From Trueperaceae bacterium (GTDB lineage Bacteria; Deinococcota; Deinococci; Deinococcales; Trueperaceae), in assembly GCA_965215565.1 (NCBI GenBank), contig CBDCDZ010000004.1:1824001-1888000 (forward strand): DNA of 64,000 nucleotides, read 5' to 3'. Under the pieces are notes generated by a model. It was not told the origin of the DNA. It saw only the letters and a program-made list of their open reading frames with translations, and searched no databases. The number at the start of each line of letters is the position of its first letter. The first letter of the stretch is position 1. Shown piece after piece: positions 21,646-31,629 of the stretch. The position numbers and the translations under genes were made by a program.

Positions 21646-22581
21646 TTAAATCCACTGCATCTCGTCTATCTCTTTCGCCGTCTTTCTCTCCAGAAGTTGC
21701 GCCACCTCAGTCGCATTAGGGATAGCCGAGCGCCCCACCCCCGTGCAGGAGAGCGCCGCCGTGACCGAGGCGAAGAGCGCACAGTAGTCCGCGTCGTAAC
21801 CGAGCGCTACGCTGTACGCATACGCCCCGTGAAACACATCGCCTGCGCCAGTCGTATCTACAACGTTGACCGAGAGCGCGGGGACGTGCCGCGTCCGTCC
21901 CCCTTGCTCGAACAAAAAACCTTGCTCGCCTAGCGTGACGCCGACGAGTTGCTCGTCGAACTGTTTAAGTTCGGCGAGCGCCCCCTCGGGGTCATCCTTA
22001 CCTGAAACTTCGGCGGCGCACTCCTCGGAGACGATGAGGTAATCCACCAGGCGCGTCAGCGCCCAACTGCGCGCGTTGCTCCAGTCGCCTACCGTCGGTA
22101 CGCTCAGACGCCGCGCCTCCTGGAGCACCGCCCGGTTCATCTCAGGGTGACGCCCATCGGTGAGGACGCAGCTTACGTCCGCTAACCTCTCGTAAGCCCA
22201 GCCTTGCGCCTCGTCCACCAAATTTTCACCGCGATAGGGGAAGATGTGGCGCTCGCCTGTGGGATCAACGAGTACGGCGCTGACGAAGGTCTTAGCGCCG
22301 GGGAGGGTGCGGAGTTGGGCGCAGTCGACGCCGGCTTGCTCCAATTCCTCCCGCGCGACACGTCCATTGGTATCGTCACCGTGCAGCGCCCACAGTTCAA
22401 CGTTCGCGCCGAGCTTCGCTGCCGTCACCGCCGCCGTCGCCCCTGCACCGCCGCCTTGCACGTAATAACCGGAGGCGTGCGTACGCGAATGTTCGGGCGG
22501 GAAGTGCACGACTTGCCAGATGTGGTCCAAGCAAGAGAGACCCGCGACGAGAAGCTTGGGTCCGGCTGGTTTCGACGTCAT
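21646..22581 (-). CDS. PfkB-family carbohydrate kinase (resembles YihV sulfofructose kinase)
   Basis: GGGAGATAAVTAAKLG and DTTGAGDVFHGA signatures; start overlaps the permease stop (ATGA). Confidence 0.9.
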   Translation of the reverse strand: MTSKPAGPKLLVAGLSCLDHIWQVVHFPPEHSRTHASGYYVQGGGAGATAAVTAAKLGANVELWALHGDDTNGRVAREELEQAGVDCAQLRTLPGAKTFVSAVLVDPTGERHIFPYRGENLVDEAQGWAYERLADVSCVLTDGRHPEMNRAVLQEARRLSVPTVGDWSNARSWALTRLVDYLIVSEECAAEVSGKDDPEGALAELKQFDEQLVGVTLGEQGFLFEQGGRTRHVPALSVNVVDTTGAGDVFHGAYAYSVALGYDADYCALFASVTAALSCTGVGRSAIPNATEVAQLLERKTAKEIDEMQWI

Positions 22582-23468
22582 CCTTTGACCCCGCCCGCCG
22601 TAAGCCCGCTGATGATGCGCTGCTGAAAGAAGATGATGAGCACGACTAGGGGCACAATGCCGAGCGTCACCGCTGCGCTGATGACCGCCCAAGGAAAGGC
22701 GAATTCGCCTTGATAAAAGGTGATACCGACGGGCACGGTGCGCATCTCCAACGCCGTATTAAAGGTCAGCGCCAACAAAAACTCGTTCCAAGAATTCACA
22801 AAGACGATGATACCCGCCGTGACGATGCCGGGCGCGGAGAGCGGCATGATGATGCGGAAGAGCGCGCCGACGCGCGTGCAACCGTCTACCGTCGCCGCGC
22901 TCTCCAAATCGCCGGGGATGAGCTGGAAGAAACTCGTCAGAATCAACGTCGCAATCGGCAAGCTGAGCGCCACGTAAGGGATGATGAGCGCCCAATACGT
23001 GTTGAGCAAGTTCGGCGTCGAGACGCTCTCCGGCAGGAAGAAAAAGCCGTCTAGCCAAGGCAAATCCACGCCGCTGAAGAGGCGGTAGAGCGGCACGAGC
23101 AACACGAGCGCGGGGAACATGCTCGTCATCACGATGCCCGTCATGATGATGCGCCGCCCAGGGAGCCGCAGCCGCCCGAGCGCGTAGCCCGCTAGCGCCG
23201 CGAAGAGCACGCAGAGCGCCGTCGCGCCGAGGGATACGACGAACGAGTTGCGCAAAAAGAGGACGAACGGGTTGCGCGAGAAGACCTGCTCATAATTTCT
23301 CAAGGTGAGCGTTTCGGGAAAGTAGGTGATGGGCAACCGGGTCAGCTCCCCGTCCGGCTTGAGCGAAGTCAAAAAAAGCCACACTGCCGGGAAGAAACCG
23401 TTGATGATGACCAACACGAGAGCGAGGGTGATAAAGATGCGGTTGGCAGTACTCGGCTCGCGGTTCAT
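22578..23468 (-). CDS. Carbohydrate ABC transporter permease (MalG-like)
   Basis: EAA motif ESAATVDGC; six-TM pattern. Confidence 0.93.
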   Translation of the reverse strand: MNREPSTANRIFITLALVLVIINGFFPAVWLFLTSLKPDGELTRLPITYFPETLTLRNYEQVFSRNPFVLFLRNSFVVSLGATALCVLFAALAGYALGRLRLPGRRIIMTGIVMTSMFPALVLLVPLYRLFSGVDLPWLDGFFFLPESVSTPNLLNTYWALIIPYVALSLPIATLILTSFFQLIPGDLESAATVDGCTRVGALFRIIMPLSAPGIVTAGIIVFVNSWNEFLLALTFNTALEMRTVPVGITFYQGEFAFPWAVISAAVTLGIVPLVVLIIFFQQRIISGLTAGGVKG

Positions 23469-23552
23469 CGTTGCACCGAGAGGAAGGTGAAAGATAAAGG
23501 AAAAAAGAGCAAAGAAGCTGGAACGTAGAGGGTGCAGTAGCTAAACGCCCAA

Positions 23553-23580
23553 TTCTGACTTCTGACTTCTGACTTCTGAT
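23553..23580. repeat. Heptamer tandem repeat (TTCTGAC)4
   Basis: Directly visible between the two permease genes. Confidence 0.85.
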
Positions 23581-23591
23581 TTCTCATTTTC

Positions 23592-24767
23592 CTATTCATC
23601 CGTATAAATCCAGCGAAGATAAAAGACCGTGATGCTCAGCGAAAGGACGAAAAGTGCCACGGAGAGTGCGGCGGCGTAACCGATATCCAAGCCGTTCGTC
23701 GTTTTGTAGATGTAGACGCCCAGTGTCTCGAGGGCGCGCCCGGGTCCGCCGTTGGTCATCGCAAAGGGTATATCGAAGGTCTGAATGGCGGTGAGGGTGC
23801 GGAAAATAAGCGCGACGGCGATCGAAGGGCGCAGTAGCGGTAAGGTGATGCGCCAGAAACGCTGCCAAGGGCTAGCGCCGTCCACTACAGCGGCTTCGTA
23901 GAGGCTTTCGTCGATGGACTGTAGACCCGCCAAGAGGATGAGCCCGACGAACGATGAGGTCTTCCAGATAATGGCTAGGTTGGCGGCGATAATCGCAGGG
24001 ATTTCCCTCGCTAGCCACAAGATACCGACCCGCCCCACCATACCTTCAGGCAGCGTGAGACGAAAGAGGTCATTGAGACCGACGCGCCCAAAGAGGTCAT
24101 TGACCACGCCGTAGTCACTCTGAAAAAGCCACGCGAAGGTGAGTCCGGTGAACACGCGCGGCATCGCCCAGGGCAAAAGGAGCGCCACGCGCACGAGCCA
24201 CTTCAAGGGGTGGTTGACGTTGGCCAGAAGCGCCAAGGGCAAGCCGACTAAGAACGAGCCGCCAACGCTCACGATGATGATGAGGAGCGTGATCGAGAAG
24301 GAATTCCAGAACCTCGAGTCGTTCCAGCGACCGTCCTCTCCCGGATGAATCCCCATGAGCGCGCCCGCGACGACCAGAACAGCCACCGTCCAGCCGAGCG
24401 CCACACCGCGCCCAACTGCCCCACGTTGCACGCCCAACCAGAGCGGTACGAGGGCAGCAAAAAGCAGCCCGCGCCATACCCACAGGTGCGCCACACTCCA
24501 GGTCATGTCGCGTCCCCAGAGCATTTCGCGGAAGTTCTCTAAGCCGACGAAGGGCGTGCCCCTAAAGGGTTGGTTGAGCCGCTCGAAGTGAAACGACTGC
24601 CACAGCACGTTCAGAACCGGATAGAGCATCACGAGCGCCAATGTGAGGAGCGCGGGCAGCAAGAGTAAAAAGGCGAGTTGCGGCTCGCTCAGATTGCCTG
24701 CGCGGAGCCGCCGCCAGAAGCCGGGCTTCTGATAGTTAGATCGTTGCGTCTTTACAGAGGACGCCAT
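23592..24767 (-). CDS. Carbohydrate ABC transporter permease (MalF-like)
   Basis: FVGLENF and YEAAVVDGASPWQRFWRITLP; extra two-TM insert; likely start MASSVK. Confidence 0.93.
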   Translation of the reverse strand: MASSVKTQRSNYQKPGFWRRLRAGNLSEPQLAFLLLLPALLTLALVMLYPVLNVLWQSFHFERLNQPFRGTPFVGLENFREMLWGRDMTWSVAHLWVWRGLLFAALVPLWLGVQRGAVGRGVALGWTVAVLVVAGALMGIHPGEDGRWNDSRFWNSFSITLLIIIVSVGGSFLVGLPLALLANVNHPLKWLVRVALLLPWAMPRVFTGLTFAWLFQSDYGVVNDLFGRVGLNDLFRLTLPEGMVGRVGILWLAREIPAIIAANLAIIWKTSSFVGLILLAGLQSIDESLYEAAVVDGASPWQRFWRITLPLLRPSIAVALIFRTLTAIQTFDIPFAMTNGGPGRALETLGVYIYKTTNGLDIGYAAALSVALFVLSLSITVFYLRWIYTDE

Positions 24768-24831
24768 CACACCCCCTAAAACAGCGTGTGGGGACGATTC
24801 GCGAATCGTCCCCGTCACAACCTTGTGATTA

Positions 24832-26100
24832 CTACTGCAAGATGTCTTCTAAGCCGAACTGCATCTCTTCTAACGCGCCCTGCACGTCCAGCGAACCTGC
24901 TAGGAAAGCGTTCATGTTCGTGCGAATCAGCTCCGACACGTCGTTGTAAAGCGGCGTCACGGGGCGCGGACGCGCGTTGACGATGACGTCGTAGAACTGC
25001 TCGAAGTGTGGGTTCGCTTCCAAGACCTCAGGGTCTTCGTACAAACTCTCTCGAGCCGGAATACGCGCCGCTTCGATGGCGTGCTGGCGCTGAAACTCGG
25101 GCTGTGTGAAGAACTTGACCACTTCGAAGGCGGCTTCTTTGTTCTCGCTATAGGGGTTGATCGCCCACTGCCAGCCGCCGACACAGGTAGCTGACTCCTG
25201 CCCCTCGAAAGCGGGGAGCGGCGCGATACCGACGTTGCCCGCGACTTGACTGTCTTCGTCACTCTGGAAGCGCGCCCAGGCGTAACCCCAGTTGAGCATG
25301 AAGACTACGTCGCCTGCTTGGAACTCTTGGCGGGAGTTGTCGGTGCCGGTCTCCGCGATGTTCTCCTTCGTGATACCCGAGTCGAGGGTTTGCTGATACC
25401 AGTTAAGCGCCTGCTCGCCCTCAGGCGTATTGATGGTGATATTGCCCTCGTCGTCCTGCCAGTCGCCGCCCGCGGTCCAGAGCGCCTCTAAAAAGGTACA
25501 GACCGTTCCTTCGATGGCGGCACCCTGATAGTTGAAGCCCTGCAAGGAGGGGTCGCCCTCCCCTTCCATGATGGTCTGCGCTTGCTGCAACAGTTCCTCC
25601 CAGGTTTCGGGGGGTCCGTCAAAACCGTACTTCTCCAACAAGTCGGTGCGGTAGTACAAGAACTGCGCGTCGGTGTAGGCGGGGATGGCGTAGAGCGTGC
25701 CGTCTACGGTGTCGGCGTTTACCGGGCCGTCTAAGAAGTCCGCTAGATACTCCGTCTGCGCCTCTTGGCTCTCAAAAAGGTCGCTCATCGGCTCCGCCCA
25801 GCCCGCCGCCGCGTAGGTCGCGGGGCGAATCACGTCGATCTGGAAAATGTCGATCTCGCCGCTCTCGCTGGTCAAGACGGTGTTGAGGTACTGCTGCTGC
25901 TGGTCGCTGGTCGCACCGCCAAGCTCGAACGCGACGCTGATATCGGGGTTTTGCTCCTCGAACCGGTTTGCGAACTCCTCGAACAGTTCAGTCGGCTCGC
26001 GCGGGTCTAAAAACATGGTCACTTCGGTCTGCGCCCAAGCGAGCGAACCCCAAGTCACGGAACCTAGTAAAGCCAACGCTACCCATCTAAAACGCTTCAT
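24832..26100 (-). CDS. Sugar ABC transporter substrate-binding protein (SBP_bac_1)
   Basis: Signal peptide; LYYRTDLLEKYG...PPETWEEL; AGGAGG RBS. Confidence 0.93.
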   Translation of the reverse strand: MKRFRWVALALLGSVTWGSLAWAQTEVTMFLDPREPTELFEEFANRFEEQNPDISVAFELGGATSDQQQQYLNTVLTSESGEIDIFQIDVIRPATYAAAGWAEPMSDLFESQEAQTEYLADFLDGPVNADTVDGTLYAIPAYTDAQFLYYRTDLLEKYGFDGPPETWEELLQQAQTIMEGEGDPSLQGFNYQGAAIEGTVCTFLEALWTAGGDWQDDEGNITINTPEGEQALNWYQQTLDSGITKENIAETGTDNSRQEFQAGDVVFMLNWGYAWARFQSDEDSQVAGNVGIAPLPAFEGQESATCVGGWQWAINPYSENKEAAFEVVKFFTQPEFQRQHAIEAARIPARESLYEDPEVLEANPHFEQFYDVIVNARPRPVTPLYNDVSELIRTNMNAFLAGSLDVQGALEEMQFGLEDILQ

Positions 26101-26141
26101 CTTGCCTCCTTAGTTTTTCTTTATGCCTTACTCTACCTTAT

Positions 26142-26153
26142 CAGAGCGCTCTA
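26142..26153. promoter_or_regulatory. Possible LacI-family operator upstream of the ABC operon
   Basis: AGAGCGCTCT palindrome with a central CG, about 45 nt upstream of the SBP start. Confidence 0.4.
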
Positions 26154-26325
26154 AGCCAACTCGTGTACCTTCACCGTTCACCAACGTGTTTCAGCAATGA
26201 GTTAAAAGCAATGAGCAACGAGACTAAAGCTTTTAACTCATTACTCATTCGTAAAAAATTCACCAAACGTTTAAGATGTGAGCGCATCTGAAAAACCTCT
26301 GATAAAGAGGGTCTAGGCTAGGGTT

Positions 26326-26529
26326 ATGGGGCCACTCTTTGAAATGTTACTCGGTATGTTACTCGGCGGCGCTAGTTATGCGCTGCTCTGCAAGTGGCTA
26401 GCGTACAGGGTCAACAAGGAGATATATGGGGATACGGGTAAGGTGAGCTTGCGTAAACTCACGGAGAGCAAACGCAAGCTCGGTGGGGCGGGGCGGGCTC
26501 GAGCCCTAACCCCCGAGAAGCAGGCTTAG
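26326..26529 (+). CDS. Small single-TM hypothetical protein
   Basis: N-terminal hydrophobic helix; TAGGCT -10 box 6 nt upstream of the ATG (leaderless pattern). Confidence 0.55.
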   Translation: MGPLFEMLLGMLLGGASYALLCKWLAYRVNKEIYGDTGKVSLRKLTESKRKLGGAGRARALTPEKQA

Positions 26530-26539
26530 TCCTACGCTT

Positions 26540-28036
26540 CTAAAACTGCCGTGACCACTCGGCGGGCCACCTCTCGACTACAATCTTTGTCTGCGTATAG
26601 AACTCCACCCCGTGCCGCCCTTGCGCGTGCAAGTCGCCGAAGAAAGAGTCGCCCCAACCGCTAAAAGGAAAGAACGCCATAGGCGCAGCCACGCCCAAGT
26701 TGATACCCACGTTGCCCGCGTCCACCGCGTAACGAAACTTCCGCGCCGCTGAACCCGAAGAGGTGAAGAGACACGCCTGGTTGCCAAACGCGCGGCTATT
26801 CACGATGCGGAGGGCGTCGTCCACCGTGTCGGCGTGCATCATGGACAAAACGGGACCAAAGATTTCGGTGTGGGCAAAGTCGCTCTGCGGAGCCACGTCA
26901 TCTAATACGGTGGGCGCAAGGAAGTAGCCGTTGGCAAATTCGTCGTTATCGAGCTTTGGGTTACGTCCATCTCTTAGAAGCTGCGCTCCCTCTTGCACGC
27001 CTCTGTCAATCAGTCCCTCAATCCGTGACTTGCTCTCACCGCTAATGACTGGACCCATCTGCACATCGTCCTCGAGTCCATACCCAACCTTACGGCTTTC
27101 GGCGTCCGCCAAGATGCGCTCGGTGAACTCGCGCCTAGCGTCGCCTACGGTGATCGCCACCGAGGTCGCCAAGCAGCGCTGACCCGCGCAACCGAACGCT
27201 GAGTCCGCCAAGATGCGCGTGGACATGTCCATATTGGCGTCGGGGAGAATCACGGCTGGATTTTTTGCGCCGCCTTGACACTGCGCGCGCTTACCGTTGG
27301 CGGTAGCGCGGCTGTAGATGTACTTGGCAACGGGCGTCGAACCGACAAATGAAATTGCTTTGATATCAGGGTGGTCTAAGAGCGCGTCCACCGTTTCTTT
27401 ACCGCCGTTGATGAGAGTGACGACGCCTTCGGGAAAGCCTGCCTCGTCCAGTAGACGGAAGAGGTACTGACTGGTCAGGGGCACCTTTTCGGAGGGCTTC
27501 AACACGAAACAGTTGCCCGTCGCCACCGCGTAGGGCAAGAACCACAAAGGAATCATGCCCGGAAAGTTGAAAGGTGTAATCGCTGCGACGACGCCCAGAG
27601 GTTGCCGGAACATGTGCTCGTCGATGCCTCTGGCGATGTCCTCGTTGTTATAGCCCTGCATGAGGATAGGCATTCCGCACGCGACTTCGACGTTCTCGAG
27701 CCCTCGTTTAAGTTCAGCCTTCGACTCGGTGAGCGTCTTGCCACACTCCTGCGTCATAGTTTTGGCAAGCTCGCCTAGGTGTTCTTCGAGCAACCTCTTG
27801 AGCTTGAAAAGCGGTTGGATGCGGTCCGTTACTGGGGTGGCTCGCCAGTCGGGGTAGGCGGCAGCGGCGCGCTCTACCGCCCCAGCCACCTCCTCTTTCG
27901 CGGATAGAGGGACCCGAGCCAAAACCTCTGCAGTAGCGGGGTTGTGAACGTCGTCGTAGCTGCCCGCCTGCGAGCGGTGCCACGCTCCACCGACGTAGTT
28001 AAGTAGTTCCACCCTCTGCGCACTGGTTGTCATCAC
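26540..28036 (-). CDS. mmsA: CoA-acylating methylmalonate/malonate-semialdehyde dehydrogenase
   Basis: [41 protein letters not shown] and FFGDLHAQG motifs. Confidence 0.92.
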   Translation of the reverse strand: MMTTSAQRVELLNYVGGAWHRSQAGSYDDVHNPATAEVLARVPLSAKEEVAGAVERAAAAYPDWRATPVTDRIQPLFKLKRLLEEHLGELAKTMTQECGKTLTESKAELKRGLENVEVACGMPILMQGYNNEDIARGIDEHMFRQPLGVVAAITPFNFPGMIPLWFLPYAVATGNCFVLKPSEKVPLTSQYLFRLLDEAGFPEGVVTLINGGKETVDALLDHPDIKAISFVGSTPVAKYIYSRATANGKRAQCQGGAKNPAVILPDANMDMSTRILADSAFGCAGQRCLATSVAITVGDARREFTERILADAESRKVGYGLEDDVQMGPVISGESKSRIEGLIDRGVQEGAQLLRDGRNPKLDNDEFANGYFLAPTVLDDVAPQSDFAHTEIFGPVLSMMHADTVDDALRIVNSRAFGNQACLFTSSGSAARKFRYAVDAGNVGINLGVAAPMAFFPFSGWGDSFFGDLHAQGRHGVEFYTQTKIVVERWPAEWSRQF

Positions 28037-28285
28037 ACGCTCCTAACACAACGATAATTTGCATAGAGACTTTATTCGGGGTTTTACGGGCTCGAGCCTC
28101 ATCCTCTGCAAACGTCCACCTTACATAGATTGATGACGGCGCACAGCCCTCCGGTTATTCCTGTGACCTCAATCTACCTCATCAGAGGCGAATCTGCACG
28201 CTGTCCCTGCTGCGTTCAGGTGATAAACTAGCGCTAGGAACCATTTCACCAGCCGAAGCACTCGAGCAACTTAAAGCGAGGAATC

Positions 28286-28819
28286 ATGATTGAAACGCGC
28301 AAACTCACCATAAACGAATGGCGGCGGCTCGCCGAGACCGGGGTCTTTCACGAGGATGAGCGGCTCGAGTTCCGTTACGGAGAGATCATCAAAATGACCC
28401 CTATCGGCAAAGAACACGTTGCAGCAGTTAAGGTAATTAACAAAGCGTTAGTCCGGGCTCTAGCAGATAGAGCGGAGGTGTCACCGCAGAGCGCACTCGA
28501 CTTAGGTGAGATCGAGGTTTACCCTGACCTCGCCATTCATAAACCTTTAGGGAGAGAGATTCCAAAGACGAGCGACATCCTTTGGGTGATCGAAATTTCG
28601 AAGAGCAGCTTAGCTTATGACCGCACCACGAAGCTGAGCGACTACGCGCTTGCAGGCGTTCCCGAATACTGGATTGCAGACCTCACCGAAGAGCGCTTCG
28701 AGGTCTACCTAGAGCCCGAAGGGGCGAGCTACAAAGTTAGGCGGCTCTACCCCTTTAGCGTCGCGTTCGCGCCGCAAGCGTTTCCAGATTTGGAGCGGGC
28801 ATGGTTAGGGGATTACTAA
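28286..28819 (+). CDS. Uma2-family (DUF820) PD-(D/E)XK nuclease-like protein
   Basis: ERLEFRYGEI, PD...IEISKSSLAYDRTTKLSDYA.AGVPEYWIAD. Confidence 0.9.
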   Translation: MIETRKLTINEWRRLAETGVFHEDERLEFRYGEIIKMTPIGKEHVAAVKVINKALVRALADRAEVSPQSALDLGEIEVYPDLAIHKPLGREIPKTSDILWVIEISKSSLAYDRTTKLSDYALAGVPEYWIADLTEERFEVYLEPEGASYKVRRLYPFSVAFAPQAFPDLERAWLGDY

Positions 28820-28942
28820 GCTCAAGCTTACGAAAGGTACGTTTGGGTGACTTGCGCCGCTACAGTAACTTCGTAAGAACGTGAGAGAGTACCCTAAAAA
28901 TGGCTCGCTCAGCACCACTACTGACGAGTCTAAATCCTTGTA

Positions 28943-29053
28943 GAGCAATTATCACAACTACTGAGCTTGAATCACGCAGATATCATCTCCGAATGTGCGT
29001 GCTAAACGATGTTATACCCTGTGAGATTGGCTCAAACCAGATGATACCTGCTA
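28943..29053 (-). mobile_element. MITE-like repeat, copy D
   Basis: CGCAGATATCATCTCCGAATGTGCGTGCT...CAAACCAGATGATACCTGCTA; the other end is degenerate. Confidence 0.7.
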
Positions 29054-29074
29054 TAGATGCCCTTGCAGAGACTA

Positions 29075-29185
29075 AAGCAATTTACAGAAGTACTGTATTG
29101 GAATAGCGCAAGTATCATTCAAGAATGTGTGTGCTCGTCAATGTTCCTCAGAGTGAGACTGGCTCAAACCAAATGATACTTGCTA
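29075..29185 (-). mobile_element. MITE-like repeat, copy E, inserted in the 5' end of the MocA-like gene
   Basis: ...GCAAGTATCATTC...GGCTCAAACCAAATGATACTTGCTA, flanked by TA on both sides. Confidence 0.7.
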
Positions 29186-30105
29186 TAAACGCCCTCATCC
29201 TCGCCGCCGGACGCGCCAGCAGAATGGGCGTTCCTAAAGTTCTTCTGCCCGCCGGAAGAGGTTATACGCTGCTCTCCAGAGTCCTCGCTACGGCTTTGGC
29301 GTCGGTGGACGGTCAAGTTATTGTCGTTTTGGGGCGCAACGCCGAGCTTTGCCGAGCGGAGATTGAGAGGTATTTGGGAAACTATCCGCAGCATCAGCCT
29401 CGAGTCGTCCCTACAGAAAACCCGCACTACGCAGAAGGGCTGAGCACCTCACTTCGCTGCGGCGTGAAAGAGGTTTTAAGGCTCGAGCCCGCTTCAGGAC
29501 TCATGGTCCTCCTCGCGGACCAACTCGCTTTTGACGAGGCGCGCGCGCGTGACCTCATTCGAGCTTTTAGAGAACGACACCCCGGTACTGTCGCGGTGGC
29601 AGCGGCGGAGAACGGCGAGCAGCGCAACCCCGTCGTCCTTAGCGCGGACCTCTTGCCTGAACTTCTAAAAGTTGAAGGAGATAGGGGCGCACGCGGCGTT
29701 TTGAAGAGGTATGCGCAGAGCGTACAGCGGCTCGAGCTAGGCTCCGGTCCTTGGTTTACCGATACGGACGACTGGGCGACGTACGTCAGGCTAATGCGTG
29801 AATGTGGTTGGCTCGAAGAGGTCTCGGTCCCTGAATTTGCAGGTGAGGTGCCCGCTGAGCTTATCGAAACTATCGAAGCTGCACTAAAGCGCGAGCCTCG
29901 CCCTTTTCTCGCACCCGAGGTACTGCTCGTAGGGGTAGAAGATGGCGCTGTGCAGGGAACGATGAGGCTCAAGCAGCCCGCCCTGCAAACCTCAGCCGGA
30001 CAAGGCGTCAAAACCGTCATCGTTGGAAACGGCACCTCATCCAGGGCGTACCTAGACCTCTTGCGACGTGCTGCGCTCTGGACACTGGGACGTTCACGCA
30101 ACTAG
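29173..30105 (+). CDS. Molybdenum cofactor nucleotidyltransferase (MocA-like, NTP_transf_3) with a C-terminal extension
   Basis: ILAAGRASRMGVPKVLL, NPHYAEGLSTSL, LADQ, GDRGAR and DTDD motifs; the nearest in-frame ATG lies inside MITE copy E. Confidence 0.85.
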   Translation: MILAINALILAAGRASRMGVPKVLLPAGRGYTLLSRVLATALASVDGQVIVVLGRNAELCRAEIERYLGNYPQHQPRVVPTENPHYAEGLSTSLRCGVKEVLRLEPASGLMVLLADQLAFDEARARDLIRAFRERHPGTVAVAAAENGEQRNPVVLSADLLPELLKVEGDRGARGVLKRYAQSVQRLELGSGPWFTDTDDWATYVRLMRECGWLEEVSVPEFAGEVPAELIETIEAALKREPRPFLAPEVLLVGVEDGAVQGTMRLKQPALQTSAGQGVKTVIVGNGTSSRAYLDLLRRAALWTLGRSRN

Positions 30106-30118
30106 AACCCAAGGCAAT

Positions 30119-30147
30119 AAAAAACTCGCTGAGCGTACTCAGCGAGT
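30119..30147 (-). terminator. Strong terminator hairpin with a U-tract only on the minus strand
   Basis: ACTCGCTGAG-N4-CTCAGCGAGT followed by a T run on the minus strand. Confidence 0.75.
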
Positions 30148-30327
30148 CTCGGATTGCTCCACGCGGTCCCCCCGGTGGATGACTGAAGCCAGTGTAGCGC
30201 ACCCTCAAATGTCATACTAGATACATTTATACCTACCCTTAAAGTACATGCAGCAGGGTACACGCATCCTCTAATGTGGTACGCGCATCCTCTAAGGTAC
30301 GTAGAGGATGTTCGAGGTCGCTTCGAT

Positions 30328-30513
30328 TAGCAGGTATCATCTGGTCTGAAACACTCTCACTTTTGAGAACATCGTTTCACTGCGTGAAAACTGCGTAAGC
30401 AGCACGCACATTCGGAGATGAAATCCCGCAACGGCAGGGCGGCCTGCCCGTAACGCTAGTCCTTACGGACAGAGATCTGCGCTCATCCGTCTCAGTATGT
30501 TTTGGAACTACTA
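30328..30513 (+). mobile_element. MITE-like repeat, copy F (long form), just upstream of the pyrD -10 box
   Basis: TAGCAGGTATCATCTGG...CTCAGTATGTTTTGGAACTACTA; shares an internal insert with copy A. Confidence 0.8.
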
Positions 30514-30527
30514 GATATACTGAGTTT

Positions 30528-31610
30528 ATGGACCACCTCATGTATCAGCGCCTCAAACCTCTTCTCTTTCGCGCTGATCCTGAGCGCATTCACGAGCGGG
30601 TGATGGCGGCGCTCACCTGGACGGGACGGCGTCCGGGCGGGCTCAGGCTCGTTTCGCACTTTTGCCAAACGTCTGACAAGAGGTTAGCGGTGGAGCGCTT
30701 CGGGCTCACCTTCCCCAACCCCGTCGGGCTCGCCGCAGGCTTCGACAAGAACGCCCGCGCCGTGCCGACTTGGGCGGCGCTGGGTTTCGGACACGTCGAG
30801 GTGGGCAGCGTCACTGCGCACGCACAGCCGGGCAACCCCAAACCTCGCTTGTTCCGCTTGCCGCGTGATGAGGCGCTCATCAACCGGATGGGCTTCAATA
30901 ACGACGGGGCGGCGGCGGTGGCGAAGAGGTTGAGTCACCTTAGAGCAACACACACTCTGGGCGTCCCGCTAGGCGTCAACTTGGGCAAATCCAAAGTCAC
31001 CTCTTTGGACGACGCGCCGAGCGACTACTTGACCTCTTTGGAGCACCTCTGGAGATGGGCGGACTACTTCGTCATCAACGTGAGTTCGCCGAACACGCCG
31101 GGGCTGCGGGAATTACAGGACAAGGAGAGGCTCGAGACCCTCCTACAAGCCGTCACAGGCTACGCCGCCGCGCAAGAGGTCCAGAGACCCATCCTGCTCA
31201 AAATCGCGCCCGACTTGACCTTTTCGCAAATCGACGAGATCGTCGCGTTGGTCTTGGAGTACGGACTTAGCGGGCTCATCGCCACGAATACGACGGTTTC
31301 ACGTGCGGGGCTCGAGATGAAAATAGACGAGGCGGGCGGGCTCTCAGGGCGTCCCTTGCAAACGAGGTCTTTAGAGGTTTTGAAGCACCTCCGCGCTCAG
31401 GTGGGCGAACTGCCGCTCGTCTCGGTGGGCGGCGTCTTCTCCGCGGATGACGTCTACGAACGGCTCAGGGCGGGCGCATGTCTGGTGCAGCTCTACACGA
31501 GCCTGGTCTACGAAGGACCGCTGCTCCTCAAGAGGTTGAACGAAGGGGTGCTAGAGAGGTTGGAGCGAGACGAGTTTTCTAGGGTTGAAGAGGTGATCGG
31601 CTCGAGTTGA
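30528..31610 (+). CDS. pyrD: Quinone-dependent dihydroorotate dehydrogenase (class 2)
   Basis: GLAAGFDKN, GNPKPRLFRL, NRMGFNN, NVSSPNTPGLR, KIAPD, TNTT and GGLSG motifs. Confidence 0.97.
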   Translation: MDHLMYQRLKPLLFRADPERIHERVMAALTWTGRRPGGLRLVSHFCQTSDKRLAVERFGLTFPNPVGLAAGFDKNARAVPTWAALGFGHVEVGSVTAHAQPGNPKPRLFRLPRDEALINRMGFNNDGAAAVAKRLSHLRATHTLGVPLGVNLGKSKVTSLDDAPSDYLTSLEHLWRWADYFVINVSSPNTPGLRELQDKERLETLLQAVTGYAAAQEVQRPILLKIAPDLTFSQIDEIVALVLEYGLSGLIATNTTVSRAGLEMKIDEAGGLSGRPLQTRSLEVLKHLRAQVGELPLVSVGGVFSADDVYERLRAGACLVQLYTSLVYEGPLLLKRLNEGVLERLERDEFSRVEEVIGSS

Positions 31611-31629
31611 GGAGGTTGAGTAAGAGGTT

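Noticed and set aside
28140..28170. SRP 4.5S RNA or guanidine-III riboswitch
   Set aside because: Lacks the SRP helix-8 consensus (CAGG..CCGGAAGG.AGCAG) and the downstream pseudoknot partner required for guanidine-III
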